This document shows positions 46,378-56,619 of a stretch of DNA of 64,000 nt, in pieces. The stretch comes from an uncultured Haloferula sp. (GTDB lineage: Bacteria; Verrucomicrobiota; Verrucomicrobiia; Verrucomicrobiales; Akkermansiaceae): assembly GCA_965652295.1 (NCBI GenBank), contig CBFGTS010000009.1, positions 32,001 through 96,000 of the forward strand. Reading direction: 5' to 3'. The notes beneath the pieces are model-generated. The model was not told the origin of the DNA. It saw nothing but the letters and a program-made list of their open reading frames with translations, and did not search any database. The position numbers and the translations under genes were made by a program. The stretch's first letter is position 1. Each line of letters starts with the position of its first letter.

Positions 46378-47661
46378 ATGAAGATCGTCGTCGCATACTC
46401 AGGAGGGCTCGACACCTCCGTCCTCCTCCTCTGGCTCAAGGAAAAATACAACGCCGAGATCATCGCCTACTGCTCCGATTGCGGGCAGGGCGAGGAACTC
46501 GACGGCCTCGAAGCCAAGGCGCTCAGCACCGGCGCCTCGAAGTGCTACATCGACGACCAGAAGGAGGAATTCGCACGCGACTTCATCTTCCCGATGTTCC
46601 AGGCCAACGCGCTCTATGAGGGCCGCTATTTCCTCGGCACCTCGATCGCCCGCCCGTGCATCACCAAGGGCATGATCGAAGTCGCCCTCAAGGAAGGCGC
46701 CGACGCCATCGCCCACGGAGCCACCGGCAAGGGCAACGATCAGGTCCGCTTCGAGCTCTCCGCCGCCGCGCTGGCGCCCGACATCAAGGTCATCGCCCCC
46801 TGGCGCGACGCCGAATTCCGCAAGCAGTTCCCCGGCCGCGCCGAAATGATCGCCTACGCCGAGGCCCACAACATCCCGGTCAAGGCTTCCATGAAGAAGC
46901 CCTACTCCATGGACCGCAACCTCCTGCACATCTCCTTCGAGGCCGGAGCGCTTGAGGACGTCTGGCACGATGCCACCGGCGAAGCCGACAAGGACATGTA
47001 TGTGCTCTCCGTTTCCCCGGAAGACGCCCCGGATCAACCCCAGCACCTCCAGCTGCTTTTCGAGAAGGGGAACGTCATCGGCCTCCAAACCGAGGGCCTC
47101 TCCGAAATCATCGCCGACCTGGGTGATTTTCAGCCGAGCGGCGAAAAGGACGGCTACACGCTGCTCAGCCCCTACGGCGTGATGCGCGTGCTCAACGCCC
47201 TCGGCGGCAAGCACGGGATCGGCCGGATCGACGTCGTCGAGAACCGCTTCGTCGGCATGAAGTCCCGCGGCATTTACGAAACTCCCGGCGGTGCCATCCT
47301 CATGGCCGCCCACCGCGACCTCGAAACCCTGGTGATGGACCGCGAGCTCCAACTCACCCGCGACACGCTCATCCCGAAGTACGCGCAGCTCGTTTACAAC
47401 GGCTTCTGGTTCGCACCCGAGCGCGAGGCCATCCAGGCACTCGTCACCGAAAGCCAGAAGACGGTTTCCGGGGAAGTCCGCGTGAAGCTTTACAAGGGCA
47501 ACGTCATGCAAGCCGGCCGTCGCAGCCCCTACAGCATGTATTCCGAAGCCATCGCCACCATGGAAGGTGGCCAGGAAGCCGCCTACAACCAGGACGACGC
47601 CACCGGCTTCATCGCCCTCAACGCGCTGCGCCTCAAGGCCAACGCCCGCCAGCCGAAGTAA
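46378..47661 (+). CDS. argG: Argininosuccinate synthase
   Basis: [54 protein letters not shown]. Confidence 0.97.
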   Translation: MKIVVAYSGGLDTSVLLLWLKEKYNAEIIAYCSDCGQGEELDGLEAKALSTGASKCYIDDQKEEFARDFIFPMFQANALYEGRYFLGTSIARPCITKGMIEVALKEGADAIAHGATGKGNDQVRFELSAAALAPDIKVIAPWRDAEFRKQFPGRAEMIAYAEAHNIPVKASMKKPYSMDRNLLHISFEAGALEDVWHDATGEADKDMYVLSVSPEDAPDQPQHLQLLFEKGNVIGLQTEGLSEIIADLGDFQPSGEKDGYTLLSPYGVMRVLNALGGKHGIGRIDVVENRFVGMKSRGIYETPGGAILMAAHRDLETLVMDRELQLTRDTLIPKYAQLVYNGFWFAPEREAIQALVTESQKTVSGEVRVKLYKGNVMQAGRRSPYSMYSEAIATMEGGQEAAYNQDDATGFIALNALRLKANARQPK

Positions 47662-47714
47662 GGACGGCTGCCTTCCCGAGCCGCTCCCATTCTTCGCCGA
47701 CTTCTCACCCTCCC

Positions 47715-47746
47715 GCCCCGCGTGCCTGCCCGGCCGCGGGGCTTTT
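47715..47746 (+). terminator. Rho-independent terminator after argG
   Basis: GCCCCGCG ... CGCGGGGC followed by TTTT. Confidence 0.7.
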
Positions 47747-47917
47747 CACGCCAAGCACCGCCCTTCTCCCCCTAAATACTTCAGCTTCCCTGATTGTTAG
47801 AAAACCCTCACAAGAACTTTCTTTTCATTTCAACGGATTCGAGCTTCAATCCCTCAAATTCAGGGAGCTTCGCCCCAATCTGACCCTGTTTCCATCACCT
47901 GTTCCACCCCCACCCCT

Positions 47918-48448
47918 ATGAAAAAGCTGATCTTCGCCGCTTGCAGCGCCGCCCTGCTGTCCGCTGCTCCAGCGATGGCCGATGACTGCCAACCTGTGAT
48001 CGAGCGCATCGCTTCGACCGCCGCCCGTTCGAAGGCCGATCCGATCGAGCTGCTGAAGCTCGTTGACATCGAAGTGACGGCCTACCCGGGTTGCTCGTGT
48101 GAGATCGTCAAAGCCGCCATCCTCGGCACCGATTGCGACGACGCGATCGTCGGCTACGTGGTGGAAACCGCCATCCACTCCGCGCCGGACCAGATGCGCC
48201 TGATCGCCCAGTGTGCGATCGCCACCGCGCCGGGCTCGCTCGATCGCGTTCAGGAAGTGCTGGCCCGTCTTGACCCCGGCGCCGGTGAAGCCGCCAAGAG
48301 TGCGAAAAGCGCCAAGAGCGCGAAGGAGATCGAGGTGAAGCCCGCCGCCAGCATGCCCGATCCCTTGGATATTCCGATCATCTCCATCCCGCCGATCCCG
48401 CCGGTGATCAATCCGCCGCCGTCGACCCGCTCCGACTTCGGCCGCTGA
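47918..48448 (+). CDS. Exported Cys-containing helical protein with AKS repeat and Pro-rich tail
   Basis: Signal peptide ...APAMA; C.CEIVKAAI..., AKSAKSAKSAK, IPPIPPVINPPP. Confidence 0.8.
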   Translation: MKKLIFAACSAALLSAAPAMADDCQPVIERIASTAARSKADPIELLKLVDIEVTAYPGCSCEIVKAAILGTDCDDAIVGYVVETAIHSAPDQMRLIAQCAIATAPGSLDRVQEVLARLDPGAGEAAKSAKSAKSAKEIEVKPAASMPDPLDIPIISIPPIPPVINPPPSTRSDFGR

Positions 48449-48473
48449 ATTTCAGCCTCCCGACCTTCTTTTC

Positions 48474-48510
48474 AAAGCCGGCTCCTTTTCGAAGGTGCCG
48501 GCTTTTTCTT
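48474..48510 (+). terminator. Rho-independent (possibly bidirectional) terminator
   Basis: AAAGCCGGC-tcctt-ttcg-aaggt-GCCGGCTTT followed by TTCTT. Confidence 0.8.
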
Positions 48511-48545
48511 GGCACATCGGCCTGACTCCAGAGTAGCCCGTCTCC

Positions 48546-50918
48546 TCATTTCGCGTCCCGCCCGCTTCGGACGCCCGGAAGGAGGAACACCGAGACAGCC
48601 ATCGAAATCAGAATCCCCAGCAGCGCGACTTTTCCCAGACTCGCCAGGGCATCGATGGAGGCGAACGCCAGCGAGCCGAAACCGATCGCCGTGGAGGCCC
48701 CACAGAAGAGCACGGCTTTTCCGGTGCCGTTCCACACGTTCCGCCGGTCCGCCCCACTGCGGCGGAGCGCCAGCAGGATGTGAATGCCATAGTCCAGCCC
48801 GGTGCCCAGCAGCAGCGGCGTGGCGGCGATGTTCATGAAATTCCACTCCAGTCCCACCAGCCGCATCACCGCCAGCAGCACCAAGCCACTGATAGCCATC
48901 GCGGAAACAGAAGCGACCACATCACGGACATTCCGAAAAACGAAAGCCAGCATCACCAGCATCAGCCCCGCCATCGGCAGAAAGACTTCCATCACATCCT
49001 TCTTCACCAAGGGCAGCACCGCCGGGCGGAGCAGGGCCCAGCCGGCCAGCATCACCCCCTCGCCGCCCGCCGCCCGCAGGCGATCGAGGTCCGCCGCATC
49101 CAATTCATCCGGCGCGAAAAGCTCCACAGTTCCCAAGACCCTGCCACCGCCGGATTCCGCACGCGCCACGGTGCCGCGAAGAATTTCCTCCACCGCGCCG
49201 CCCGCCGGCATCCGCCCGGCAGGCCAGGCGGTCACCTCGGGGATGGCTTCGAGCACCATTTTGCCCAGTCCCAGGCCCTCTTCGGAAAAGCCCGCCTCAT
49301 CCGCCACCGCCAGCAGGCGTTCTCGGTCTTCGCCGAGCGCCGCCAGCGCCTCGCGGTTGCGCTCGATGTGCGCTGGATCCGGCCACCATCCCGATGGCAC
49401 ATCGACCCGCCGCACCTGCTCCGGCCACTCCCGCGCCAGCTCGGCGTAATCCCGCTCGGCGGCCGCCAGATGCTCCCGCACCTCCGCGTCGCTTCCCCCC
49501 TCCACCACCAGCTTCAACGCCGGTGCACCCCATTCCGGAAACGCCACCTGGATCCGCTCGAAGGTCTCCATCGCCGTGCTGTCCCGCGGACGTAGCAGGG
49601 ATCGATCGAACGCCACTCCCGGCACTCCCTTTAAAATCAACACACCCGTGGCCGCCAGCACCAGCACGGCGGTCCCGATCCAGGCCCCGCGACGCGGGGG
49701 AATCCACGACCGCTTTCCCTCGATCGACGGCCGCCCTGCCCCGGCCCGCGCCACCCAGGGCACGAAGAGCAGAACCATCAACACCGCGCCCGCGATCACC
49801 CCGCAGGCCACCACCGTGCCCAGCTGGGAAATGCCCGGCATCCCGCTAAGATTCAGCGCGAAAAACACCGAAGCCGTGGTCGCCGCCGCCCACAAAATCG
49901 ACTTCATCGTGGCCCTGCGGATCGCCTGCGAATCGTGCCCGCAAAGCTTCGCCTCCTGGCAGATCAGCACCCCGTAGTCGACCACCAACCCGAGCAGGAT
50001 CGCCGCAAAACCCGCGGCCATGATACTAAGATCTCCGTAGATCCAACCCGCCATCCCCGCCGTCACCGCGAACACCACCGCCAGCACTCCACCCAGGCCC
50101 AGCAGCAGCCCGTGGCGGCGCTGCATCACGAGAAACAGCACCCCGATCAGGATCGAGGTCATGGTCGCCGTGCCGCTCATATCCTTTTCCATGGCTCCGC
50201 CGATCTCCGCCTCGAAAGCCGGATCCCCGGTGAAGCCGACGGTCACTCCGTGCTCCGCCGCCCATGGATCGATGACCTCGCTCAGATCCGCCAGCCACGC
50301 GCCCGCCTCCTTGTAGCCGCTGACCGGCTGCGGGGCGTCGATGAAGACCAGCTGCGAACGTCCGTCACCACTCGCGAACCCCTCCCCGCCGTGCTCGGAG
50401 GCCTCGAAGAAGCCGCGCATCGCCGGGTGATCGAGAAACCCGAACGGATCGTGCGCGGAGAGCATCAGCTCGCCGCCATCCAGCGCCGTGGCGATTTCCT
50501 CCAGCGCTTCATCGAGCGTCGCGTTCACCTGACCTTCGGACAGCGCTCCCACCAGCCGCTCCACCTCCTGCGGGTCACCGTTCAGCCACAACCACGCAAA
50601 CAACTCGCCCAGCCCATCCGGATCGTCCTGCCAGCGGGGCCTCCACCTCACCCCCTTCGCCAGCCCCGCCTCCATCACGCGGGCCGAAAGCTCCCTCGCG
50701 AGCTTCTCCAGATCCTCGTCCCCCGCCTCACTTTGCAGCAAGACCACCAGCTCTTCGTCGCGGGAGAATACCTCCTGGAAGGCCCGCAGCCCCTTCGCCT
50801 CCGGCAAATCCGCGGGCAGCACGGAAAGCACGTCGGTATCGATCCTGATCCGCAGCATGCCCGATGCCGCCACGACGACCGCCACCACCAGCAGAACCCA
50901 TTTCCATGCTCCTCGCAT
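48546..50918 (-). CDS. MMPL/RND family exporter
   Basis: IDTDVLSVLP, two TM bundles with GLVVDYG and GTGLDYGIH, TAIGFGSL. Confidence 0.9.
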   Translation of the reverse strand: MRGAWKWVLLVVAVVVAASGMLRIRIDTDVLSVLPADLPEAKGLRAFQEVFSRDEELVVLLQSEAGDEDLEKLARELSARVMEAGLAKGVRWRPRWQDDPDGLGELFAWLWLNGDPQEVERLVGALSEGQVNATLDEALEEIATALDGGELMLSAHDPFGFLDHPAMRGFFEASEHGGEGFASGDGRSQLVFIDAPQPVSGYKEAGAWLADLSEVIDPWAAEHGVTVGFTGDPAFEAEIGGAMEKDMSGTATMTSILIGVLFLVMQRRHGLLLGLGGVLAVVFAVTAGMAGWIYGDLSIMAAGFAAILLGLVVDYGVLICQEAKLCGHDSQAIRRATMKSILWAAATTASVFFALNLSGMPGISQLGTVVACGVIAGAVLMVLLFVPWVARAGAGRPSIEGKRSWIPPRRGAWIGTAVLVLAATGVLILKGVPGVAFDRSLLRPRDSTAMETFERIQVAFPEWGAPALKLVVEGGSDAEVREHLAAAERDYAELAREWPEQVRRVDVPSGWWPDPAHIERNREALAALGEDRERLLAVADEAGFSEEGLGLGKMVLEAIPEVTAWPAGRMPAGGAVEEILRGTVARAESGGGRVLGTVELFAPDELDAADLDRLRAAGGEGVMLAGWALLRPAVLPLVKKDVMEVFLPMAGLMLVMLAFVFRNVRDVVASVSAMAISGLVLLAVMRLVGLEWNFMNIAATPLLLGTGLDYGIHILLALRRSGADRRNVWNGTGKAVLFCGASTAIGFGSLAFASIDALASLGKVALLGILISMAVSVFLLPGVRSGRDAK

Positions 50919-51046
50919 GCGCGCATCCCGCCCGCTGCCCGCTCCCATTCCAAGCCCGAAATCCAAAGGACATCGGGACGGCAGGCTCCGCGCCTTCCGC
51001 TCATTTCTCCATTGCATTCCGGCCGGGCCACCTTCCCATTCTTTGC

Positions 51047-51676
51047 ATGCGCTTGCTTTTCCTCCTCCTGCTCGCCGTCACCGCCCGCGCCGAGGTCGAC
51101 ACCGGGCCTTTGAAAGCCTGGCTGGAGGGACAGAAATCCGTGAAGACCCTCGACGCCGAGTTCACTCAGGAACGCACGCTGGCTGCCCTGAAAAAGCCCG
51201 TTTCCACGCCCGGCCGTCTCACCCTCGCGAAACCCGGCAAGCTGCGCTGGGATCTCGGCAACCCACCCAAAACCATCGCCGTCTCCGATGGCGAGACGAT
51301 GACCCTCGTCGATGTCGAAAAGAAGCGCGCCCGCCGACTCGATGCCGATTCCTCACGCGCCCGCTCGTTTTCCCTGCTCGGCGACGATGCCCTGAACGGA
51401 GGGCTTGAGGGATTCACCCAGGCCTTCGAGCTGGTCGAATCCCGGGTCACCAACGGGATCTATCAGCTCACCACCCGTCCAAAGGACCGCCGCATGCGCG
51501 ACCAGATCGGCTACGTGTTCTTCGATATCGACCCCTCCACGAACCAGCTCCGCGCCTTGGAAATCCGCCTCGACGACAAATCCCGCATCCGCACGGTTTT
51601 CCGCAACACACGGATCAACCCAAAGGTCCCGGACAGCCGTTTCCAGGTCGACCTCACCGGATACAAAGTCCTGTGA
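51047..51676 (+). CDS. LolA-family periplasmic carrier protein
   Basis: Signal peptide; L.AEF.QER, G.L....P..LRW, VSDG, T.F....IN......F. Confidence 0.85.
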   Translation: MRLLFLLLLAVTARAEVDTGPLKAWLEGQKSVKTLDAEFTQERTLAALKKPVSTPGRLTLAKPGKLRWDLGNPPKTIAVSDGETMTLVDVEKKRARRLDADSSRARSFSLLGDDALNGGLEGFTQAFELVESRVTNGIYQLTTRPKDRRMRDQIGYVFFDIDPSTNQLRALEIRLDDKSRIRTVFRNTRINPKVPDSRFQVDLTGYKVL

Positions 51677-51770
51677 ATCTCCACCTTTCAGCAATAGCAG
51701 CCCCCGCTGGGGTTCATCCCTTTGTACTGAATTGCTTTGGTTTGGAAAATCGGACAGCGTAAGTGGAACC

Positions 51771-52133
51771 ATGAAGGCGCGATTATTTTTCCTCATCGCC
51801 ACTGCGGGTTTGCTGGTTGCCTCTGGGACCGGCTACCTTCTCCGGGATTTCTTTTCCGGAGTCACCCTGAACGTCTGCGCAGCCGCTGGAGGCTCCATCA
51901 CCGCGCTCTTGCTCCACAGCTTCTTCCATCGACTGCGCTCGAAGGTGGTCAGGGCCTTCATCGGTCCCATTCTCCTTTTCCTCGCTCTCTGTATCGGCTT
52001 GCCGGATCAAGGCAAACTCCTGGGAATCTCCGTGCTGTGGGCAGGGCTGATCTTCGGTGTCGTCGAGGCGCTGGCTCAGTTGAACGAACACGGGTTGGTG
52101 TCGGATCACCTTCGCAACCGGGCTGAACTTTAG
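51771..52133 (+). CDS. Small hypothetical 4-TM membrane protein
   Basis: 120-aa hydrophobic ORF; codon usage less typical. Confidence 0.5.
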   Translation: MKARLFFLIATAGLLVASGTGYLLRDFFSGVTLNVCAAAGGSITALLLHSFFHRLRSKVVRAFIGPILLFLALCIGLPDQGKLLGISVLWAGLIFGVVEALAQLNEHGLVSDHLRNRAEL

Positions 52134-52283
52134 ATTCAGCACGTCGATCTCGCCTCTGGACCAGCGTGCGATCCACGAGTCCGAGCGGGCGAAAGTGGGA
52201 AGCAGACTCAATCACTTCATAACCCACCCTGCGCTTGCTGATCTCGGTGGACCCGATTCCGATCGCATTGCGGGACCGGTAGC

Positions 52284-52652
52284 CTATTCGACGAAACGGA
52301 TCTTCGCGCCGGGCACTTCACCGCGGGCCATGGCTTCGTGCTGCTCGTCGGTGCAGGCGGAATTGGTGGGGGCATCGGCGTCGGCGTCGCTCTTCTGGAG
52401 GTAGCCGTGCTCGATCATCCAGGCTTCGACTTCCTCGCCGGAAATGTCGGCCAGCATGGTGCCATCGATTTCGACACACGGGGAAAGCGGCTGACCGCTC
52501 TTCTGCTCCATCTCCCAGCGGAAGGCGGGGTTCTTGATGATGTCCTTCTCCTCGAACGGGAGCTCGTATTTCCGCATGATGGCGCGGACGCCCTCGCTCC
52601 AGCCGCAGAAGGTTTTCAGGTAGGCGGTGATCTTCGGTTGGGAATCGCTCAT
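52284..52652 (-). CDS. Monothiol glutaredoxin-like protein
   Basis: AYLK.FCGWS, EM..KSGQ..SP.V.I.G. Confidence 0.88.
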   Translation of the reverse strand: MSDSQPKITAYLKTFCGWSEGVRAIMRKYELPFEEKDIIKNPAFRWEMEQKSGQPLSPCVEIDGTMLADISGEEVEAWMIEHGYLQKSDADADAPTNSACTDEQHEAMARGEVPGAKIRFVE

Positions 52653-52803
52653 GGCGGCGAAGATAGCGGGCATCCGGGGGCCGGCAAGTCCCGGCATTCA
52701 GCGCGCTTCCGAAGATTTCGGGGCAGCATGGGACCCTCGGCGTCCACCGGCCAGTCACGCCCTCAGCAGAGTTCGATTAAAAGCGAGGTAGATGGCCCAC
52801 CTC

Positions 52804-54294
52804 CTAGAACCGCCGCCAGGCGGCGGGGACGAAGAGGACGAGGATGGCGAAAAGCTCGAGGCGTCCGAGGATCATCAGACCGGCGAGGAAGAGCTGGGTG
52901 ACGTCGCGCATTTCCCCGAAATGCTCGGTGGGGCCGAGATCACCGTAGCCCGGACCGATGTTCGACATGGTGGCGAGAACGGCACCGAGGCAGGTCTCAA
53001 GATCGACCCCTTGGCCGGCTTCCAACATGCCGACGACCACCGCGGAGCCGGCGACAATGAACAGGTAGAGCGCCACAAACGAAGTCGTGCGGGCGCGGCC
53101 GGCGTCATCGACGGGGTTGCCGTTGACGACGAGACGGAAGATCTGGTTCGGGCGAAAGGCGCGGATGATCTCGTGGGCGGAGGATTTCAGGAATACGATG
53201 AGCCGCCCCACCTTCAGGCCGCCGGCAGTGGAGCCGGAGCAGCCGCCGATGAGCATCAGGATGGCGAGCAGCGCCTTGCACCAGGCCGGCCACAGTTCGT
53301 AGTCGGCCGTGCCGAAACCGGTGGTCGAGGCGATGGAAATCACGATGAACCACGAATCGCGCAATGCCTCCCAGAAATTCGTGGAATAGCGGGGATCGAC
53401 CCGCAAACCGATGGCGATCGCGATCGCGATGCCCAGGCAAATGCCCACGAACCAGCGGGCGTCATCCTCATCGCGCAAGCGCCGCCATTTCTTGTGGATG
53501 ACCACGACGTAAATCAGGAAATTCAAGCTGCACAGGAGCATGAACAGGCTGAGCCACAGCTCGATGAGCCAGCCGTTCCCCCACTCCGAATAGTGGGCGA
53601 TGCTCGCGGCGTGCGGGCTGAATCCACCGGTCGAAACCGCGGTGAATGCATGCGACAGCGCGTTGTACCAGGTGAGCCCCATGGCCTTCAGTCCGAGAAT
53701 GCAGGCAACGGTGAGTCCGACGTAGATCCGCAGCAGGTTCAGAGAGGTATCCTGGATCCGGGCGGTGGTAGCTTCGCCGCTCTGGAACGAGGACTCGTTG
53801 CGGAAAAGCGATTTCGCGCCGAGGCCGAGGTAGGAAAGCACCGCAACGAACAGCACCAGGATCCCGATGCCGCCGAGCCACTGGGTGACGGACCGCCAGA
53901 GCAGCAGCCCCCGCGGCCACGACTCGATGTCCGCCATGGCCGTGGAGCCGGTGGTGGTGAAACCCGAGGCGGATTCGAAGACCGCCGCGCTGAAGCCCAT
54001 GTACGGCGGGCAAAGGATGAAGGGCAGCGCCCCGAAGATGGCGGAGAGAATCCAGGCGATCCCGACGATCCCGACGCCCTCGCGACGGGGGATGCGGTCG
54101 ATTTTCCCCAGCCCGGACACGATCAGGATCAAGGCCGCCAAGGCGGTGGCGCCGGCCGAGGTGAACAGCGCGGTCATCGCCTCGTGGTCCCCCGCGATGA
54201 CATCGAGCAGCGCGAATACGCCGCAACCGGCCATGGCAAGGGCGAGCAGCAACAGCAGGTAGCCGAGGACCTTGGCGAGGATGCGGTAATTCAT
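52804..54294 (-). CDS. trkH: Trk potassium uptake membrane protein
   Basis: FESASGFTTTG, QWLGGIG, STGGF, STTGF, GGCSGSTAGG.K, SNIGPG, GRLE. Confidence 0.95.
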   Translation of the reverse strand: MNYRILAKVLGYLLLLLALAMAGCGVFALLDVIAGDHEAMTALFTSAGATALAALILIVSGLGKIDRIPRREGVGIVGIAWILSAIFGALPFILCPPYMGFSAAVFESASGFTTTGSTAMADIESWPRGLLLWRSVTQWLGGIGILVLFVAVLSYLGLGAKSLFRNESSFQSGEATTARIQDTSLNLLRIYVGLTVACILGLKAMGLTWYNALSHAFTAVSTGGFSPHAASIAHYSEWGNGWLIELWLSLFMLLCSLNFLIYVVVIHKKWRRLRDEDDARWFVGICLGIAIAIAIGLRVDPRYSTNFWEALRDSWFIVISIASTTGFGTADYELWPAWCKALLAILMLIGGCSGSTAGGLKVGRLIVFLKSSAHEIIRAFRPNQIFRLVVNGNPVDDAGRARTTSFVALYLFIVAGSAVVVGMLEAGQGVDLETCLGAVLATMSNIGPGYGDLGPTEHFGEMRDVTQLFLAGLMILGRLELFAILVLFVPAAWRRF

Positions 54295-54309
54295 GTCGAG
54301 GAGGAGGCC

Positions 54310-55656
54310 TCAGGACAGCAGCTTGACCAAAGCCTTGCGAGCCTTCGGGGCGACGACGACGTAAACGTGATCGTCGGCCTGAAGATAGTCATCGGGGCCC
54401 GGCACCTCGGCATGCGTTCCCCGCAGGTGGCCGACGATGACCACGCCCTCCGGCCAATCGACTTCCTTGACCATGTGTCCGGCCGCGATCGAACCCTTGC
54501 GAACCCGCATTTCAAGCACCTCCGCTCCGCCCAGCTTCTTGACGAGGTGAAAGCGCTCGGAGGTGATGAAGCGCTCGACCTCGCGGCGGGTCGCATCGCG
54601 CGGGCTGACGGCGGCGGCGATGCCGAAATGTTTTCCCGACGAGCTGATGGCAGCGGCGTAGTCGGCGCGGTGAATCAGCGTCAGACAGGTGCGGGCGCCG
54701 AGAGTGTGCGCCTGGAGGCAGGTCATCACGTTATCCTCATCGCTGTCGCTGGTGGCGACGAAGAAATCCACCCCGTCGATCTGCTCCTCCTGGAGTTCGG
54801 CGACCACGGTGGCGTCGGCATTGATCACCGTCGTGTTGGAAAGCCGGTCGACGAGCTTTTTGCACAGTGCCTCGTCCTGTTCGAAGATACGCACGCGGCA
54901 GTCCCAGCTCTCGAGCATCTGCGCGAGCGTGAAACCGTATTCGCCGCCGCCGAAAATCACGACCCGCAGCGATTCGCCGTCGCCCCGTTGATGGCGCAGC
55001 CGCTCGATCATTCCCCGCAGCTTCCGCGGCTCGCCGAAAATCGTCACGACGTCCTCCGCTTCCAGCACCGTTTCCGCCGAGGGCACGAAATGGTCCGCCC
55101 CTCGTGAAATCATCGCCACCCGGGTGTGGTCCGGCATTTTCACGTCACGCAACGTCTTGCCGGCGAAGTCCGACTTCGCGCTCACAAGCACCTGCTGGAG
55201 TTCGATCCGGCCGCGGGCGATTTCCTCAACGGTGAGTGAGTCCGGGTTGCGGATGAATTTGGCGAGTTCGATCGCGGCCAGCCTTTCCGAGGAGAACAGG
55301 TGGTCGACGCCAAAGGTGCCTTTGAAGTCGAACAACCACTCCTCGCGCTGGAGGCTGGGATGGACGCGGCAAACGACCTGCTCCACGTCCATCTTCTTGG
55401 CAATCGACGAGGCGACGAGGTTCGCCGTGTTCGAACTGGTCAGCGCGAGGAACAGTTCACAGTCCCCGACGTTGGCCTCGACGAGGGCGTTCACACTCGT
55501 GCCATCCGAGCAGATGACCTTGGCGTCGATCGTTTGCTCAAGGTCCGCCGCCAGGTCCGGATCGTTCTCGATCACGGAAATGCTGTGGGCTTCCTTGGAC
55601 AAGGACGTCGCGAGGTGACGACCGATTTCTCCGGCACCGACGATGATGATATTCAT
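54310..55656 (-). CDS. trkA: Trk potassium uptake NAD-binding subunit
   Basis: Two RCK units with GAGEIG and GGGEYG. Confidence 0.95.
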   Translation of the reverse strand: MNIIIVGAGEIGRHLATSLSKEAHSISVIENDPDLAADLEQTIDAKVICSDGTSVNALVEANVGDCELFLALTSSNTANLVASSIAKKMDVEQVVCRVHPSLQREEWLFDFKGTFGVDHLFSSERLAAIELAKFIRNPDSLTVEEIARGRIELQQVLVSAKSDFAGKTLRDVKMPDHTRVAMISRGADHFVPSAETVLEAEDVVTIFGEPRKLRGMIERLRHQRGDGESLRVVIFGGGEYGFTLAQMLESWDCRVRIFEQDEALCKKLVDRLSNTTVINADATVVAELQEEQIDGVDFFVATSDSDEDNVMTCLQAHTLGARTCLTLIHRADYAAAISSSGKHFGIAAAVSPRDATRREVERFITSERFHLVKKLGGAEVLEMRVRKGSIAAGHMVKEVDWPEGVVIVGHLRGTHAEVPGPDDYLQADDHVYVVVAPKARKALVKLLS

Positions 55657-55746
55657 CCCAGAATCGCTCGGGGCGATCCCGCCCCGGCGCGAGCAGCAAA
55701 CCGGAAGAGAGCCGACCGAACCAGCGGAAAATCCGCCTTCACGCCG

Positions 55747-56370
55747 TCACCAATCGACGCTCTGCCCGCGGGTATCGATGTGCGTGAAGGCCGGATAACG
55801 ACCGACGCCCCCTGCGAAAAGTCCCTGGCCGCGAAGCCGCCGGGCGGTGGAGGCGACAACCGAAGCCGGTGTATCGAACGAAACATCGGCCGCGAAATTC
55901 GCCTGATGCCACGAGCCGCTGCTCGCTCCGGCGCAGCGCGCGTTGTAGGCACCGCTGCGGTAAACGGAGATGATCTCCTTCACCGGCTGGCCCAGCTCCG
56001 CTCCCACTCGGTCGATGACCCGGAGCGTCGGAACGATGTTCTTCCACATCGAGCGCGGCGGCAGAGAGTTCCAGACCGAACCGCGGCGCTTGGCATGGGC
56101 CTCGATCACCTGCCGCACCGAAAGATGGCGGAATCCAGCCTTCGAAAGGAACTGAGAGTAGGCCTGGAGGTCCGATCCTTGGCGACGGATCCATTCGTTC
56201 GAAAGCCCCGAAAGATCGACCCTTTCCTCCGCCCGGTCGTGACGCTTGAAGAGCGACCATGCCGAGGCCGTGGAGCCCCCGCCGAGGGTCGCGGCCGTCG
56301 CGACGGCCATGGTGGACAGCGCCCGGCGGCGGGTGAACGGATGAGCGGTGGGTCGGTCGGTCGAAATCAT
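55747..56370 (-). CDS. Peptidase M15A (D-Ala-D-Ala carboxypeptidase/YcbK-like), Tat-like signal
   Basis: TRRRALSTM leader; S.YRS..YN....GA...S.H....A.D, GGVG.Y..F.HIDTRG. Confidence 0.85.
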   Translation of the reverse strand: MISTDRPTAHPFTRRRALSTMAVATAATLGGGSTASAWSLFKRHDRAEERVDLSGLSNEWIRRQGSDLQAYSQFLSKAGFRHLSVRQVIEAHAKRRGSVWNSLPPRSMWKNIVPTLRVIDRVGAELGQPVKEIISVYRSGAYNARCAGASSGSWHQANFAADVSFDTPASVVASTARRLRGQGLFAGGVGRYPAFTHIDTRGQSVDW

Positions 56371-56619
56371 GCGCAGGTCGGGAAGGTCCCGGAAAAGCAG
56401 GCCGCATGCCTGCCCGTCGTGGATACCGCGGAATGCGGGTCCCGGGGAAATGTCACGCGCAGGGAAGCGGACAAGCCGCACCCCGGACAAGACAAAAGTT
56501 CCTAACATGATCGATACCAATGGCTTGGCCCTGCTCTGCGTGGGCGGACACGATTCGCGGATCCGAGCTATCGTTTCTCGACACGCCCCGGCGGCCTCCT
56601 CAGGATTCCGCCACGATCT

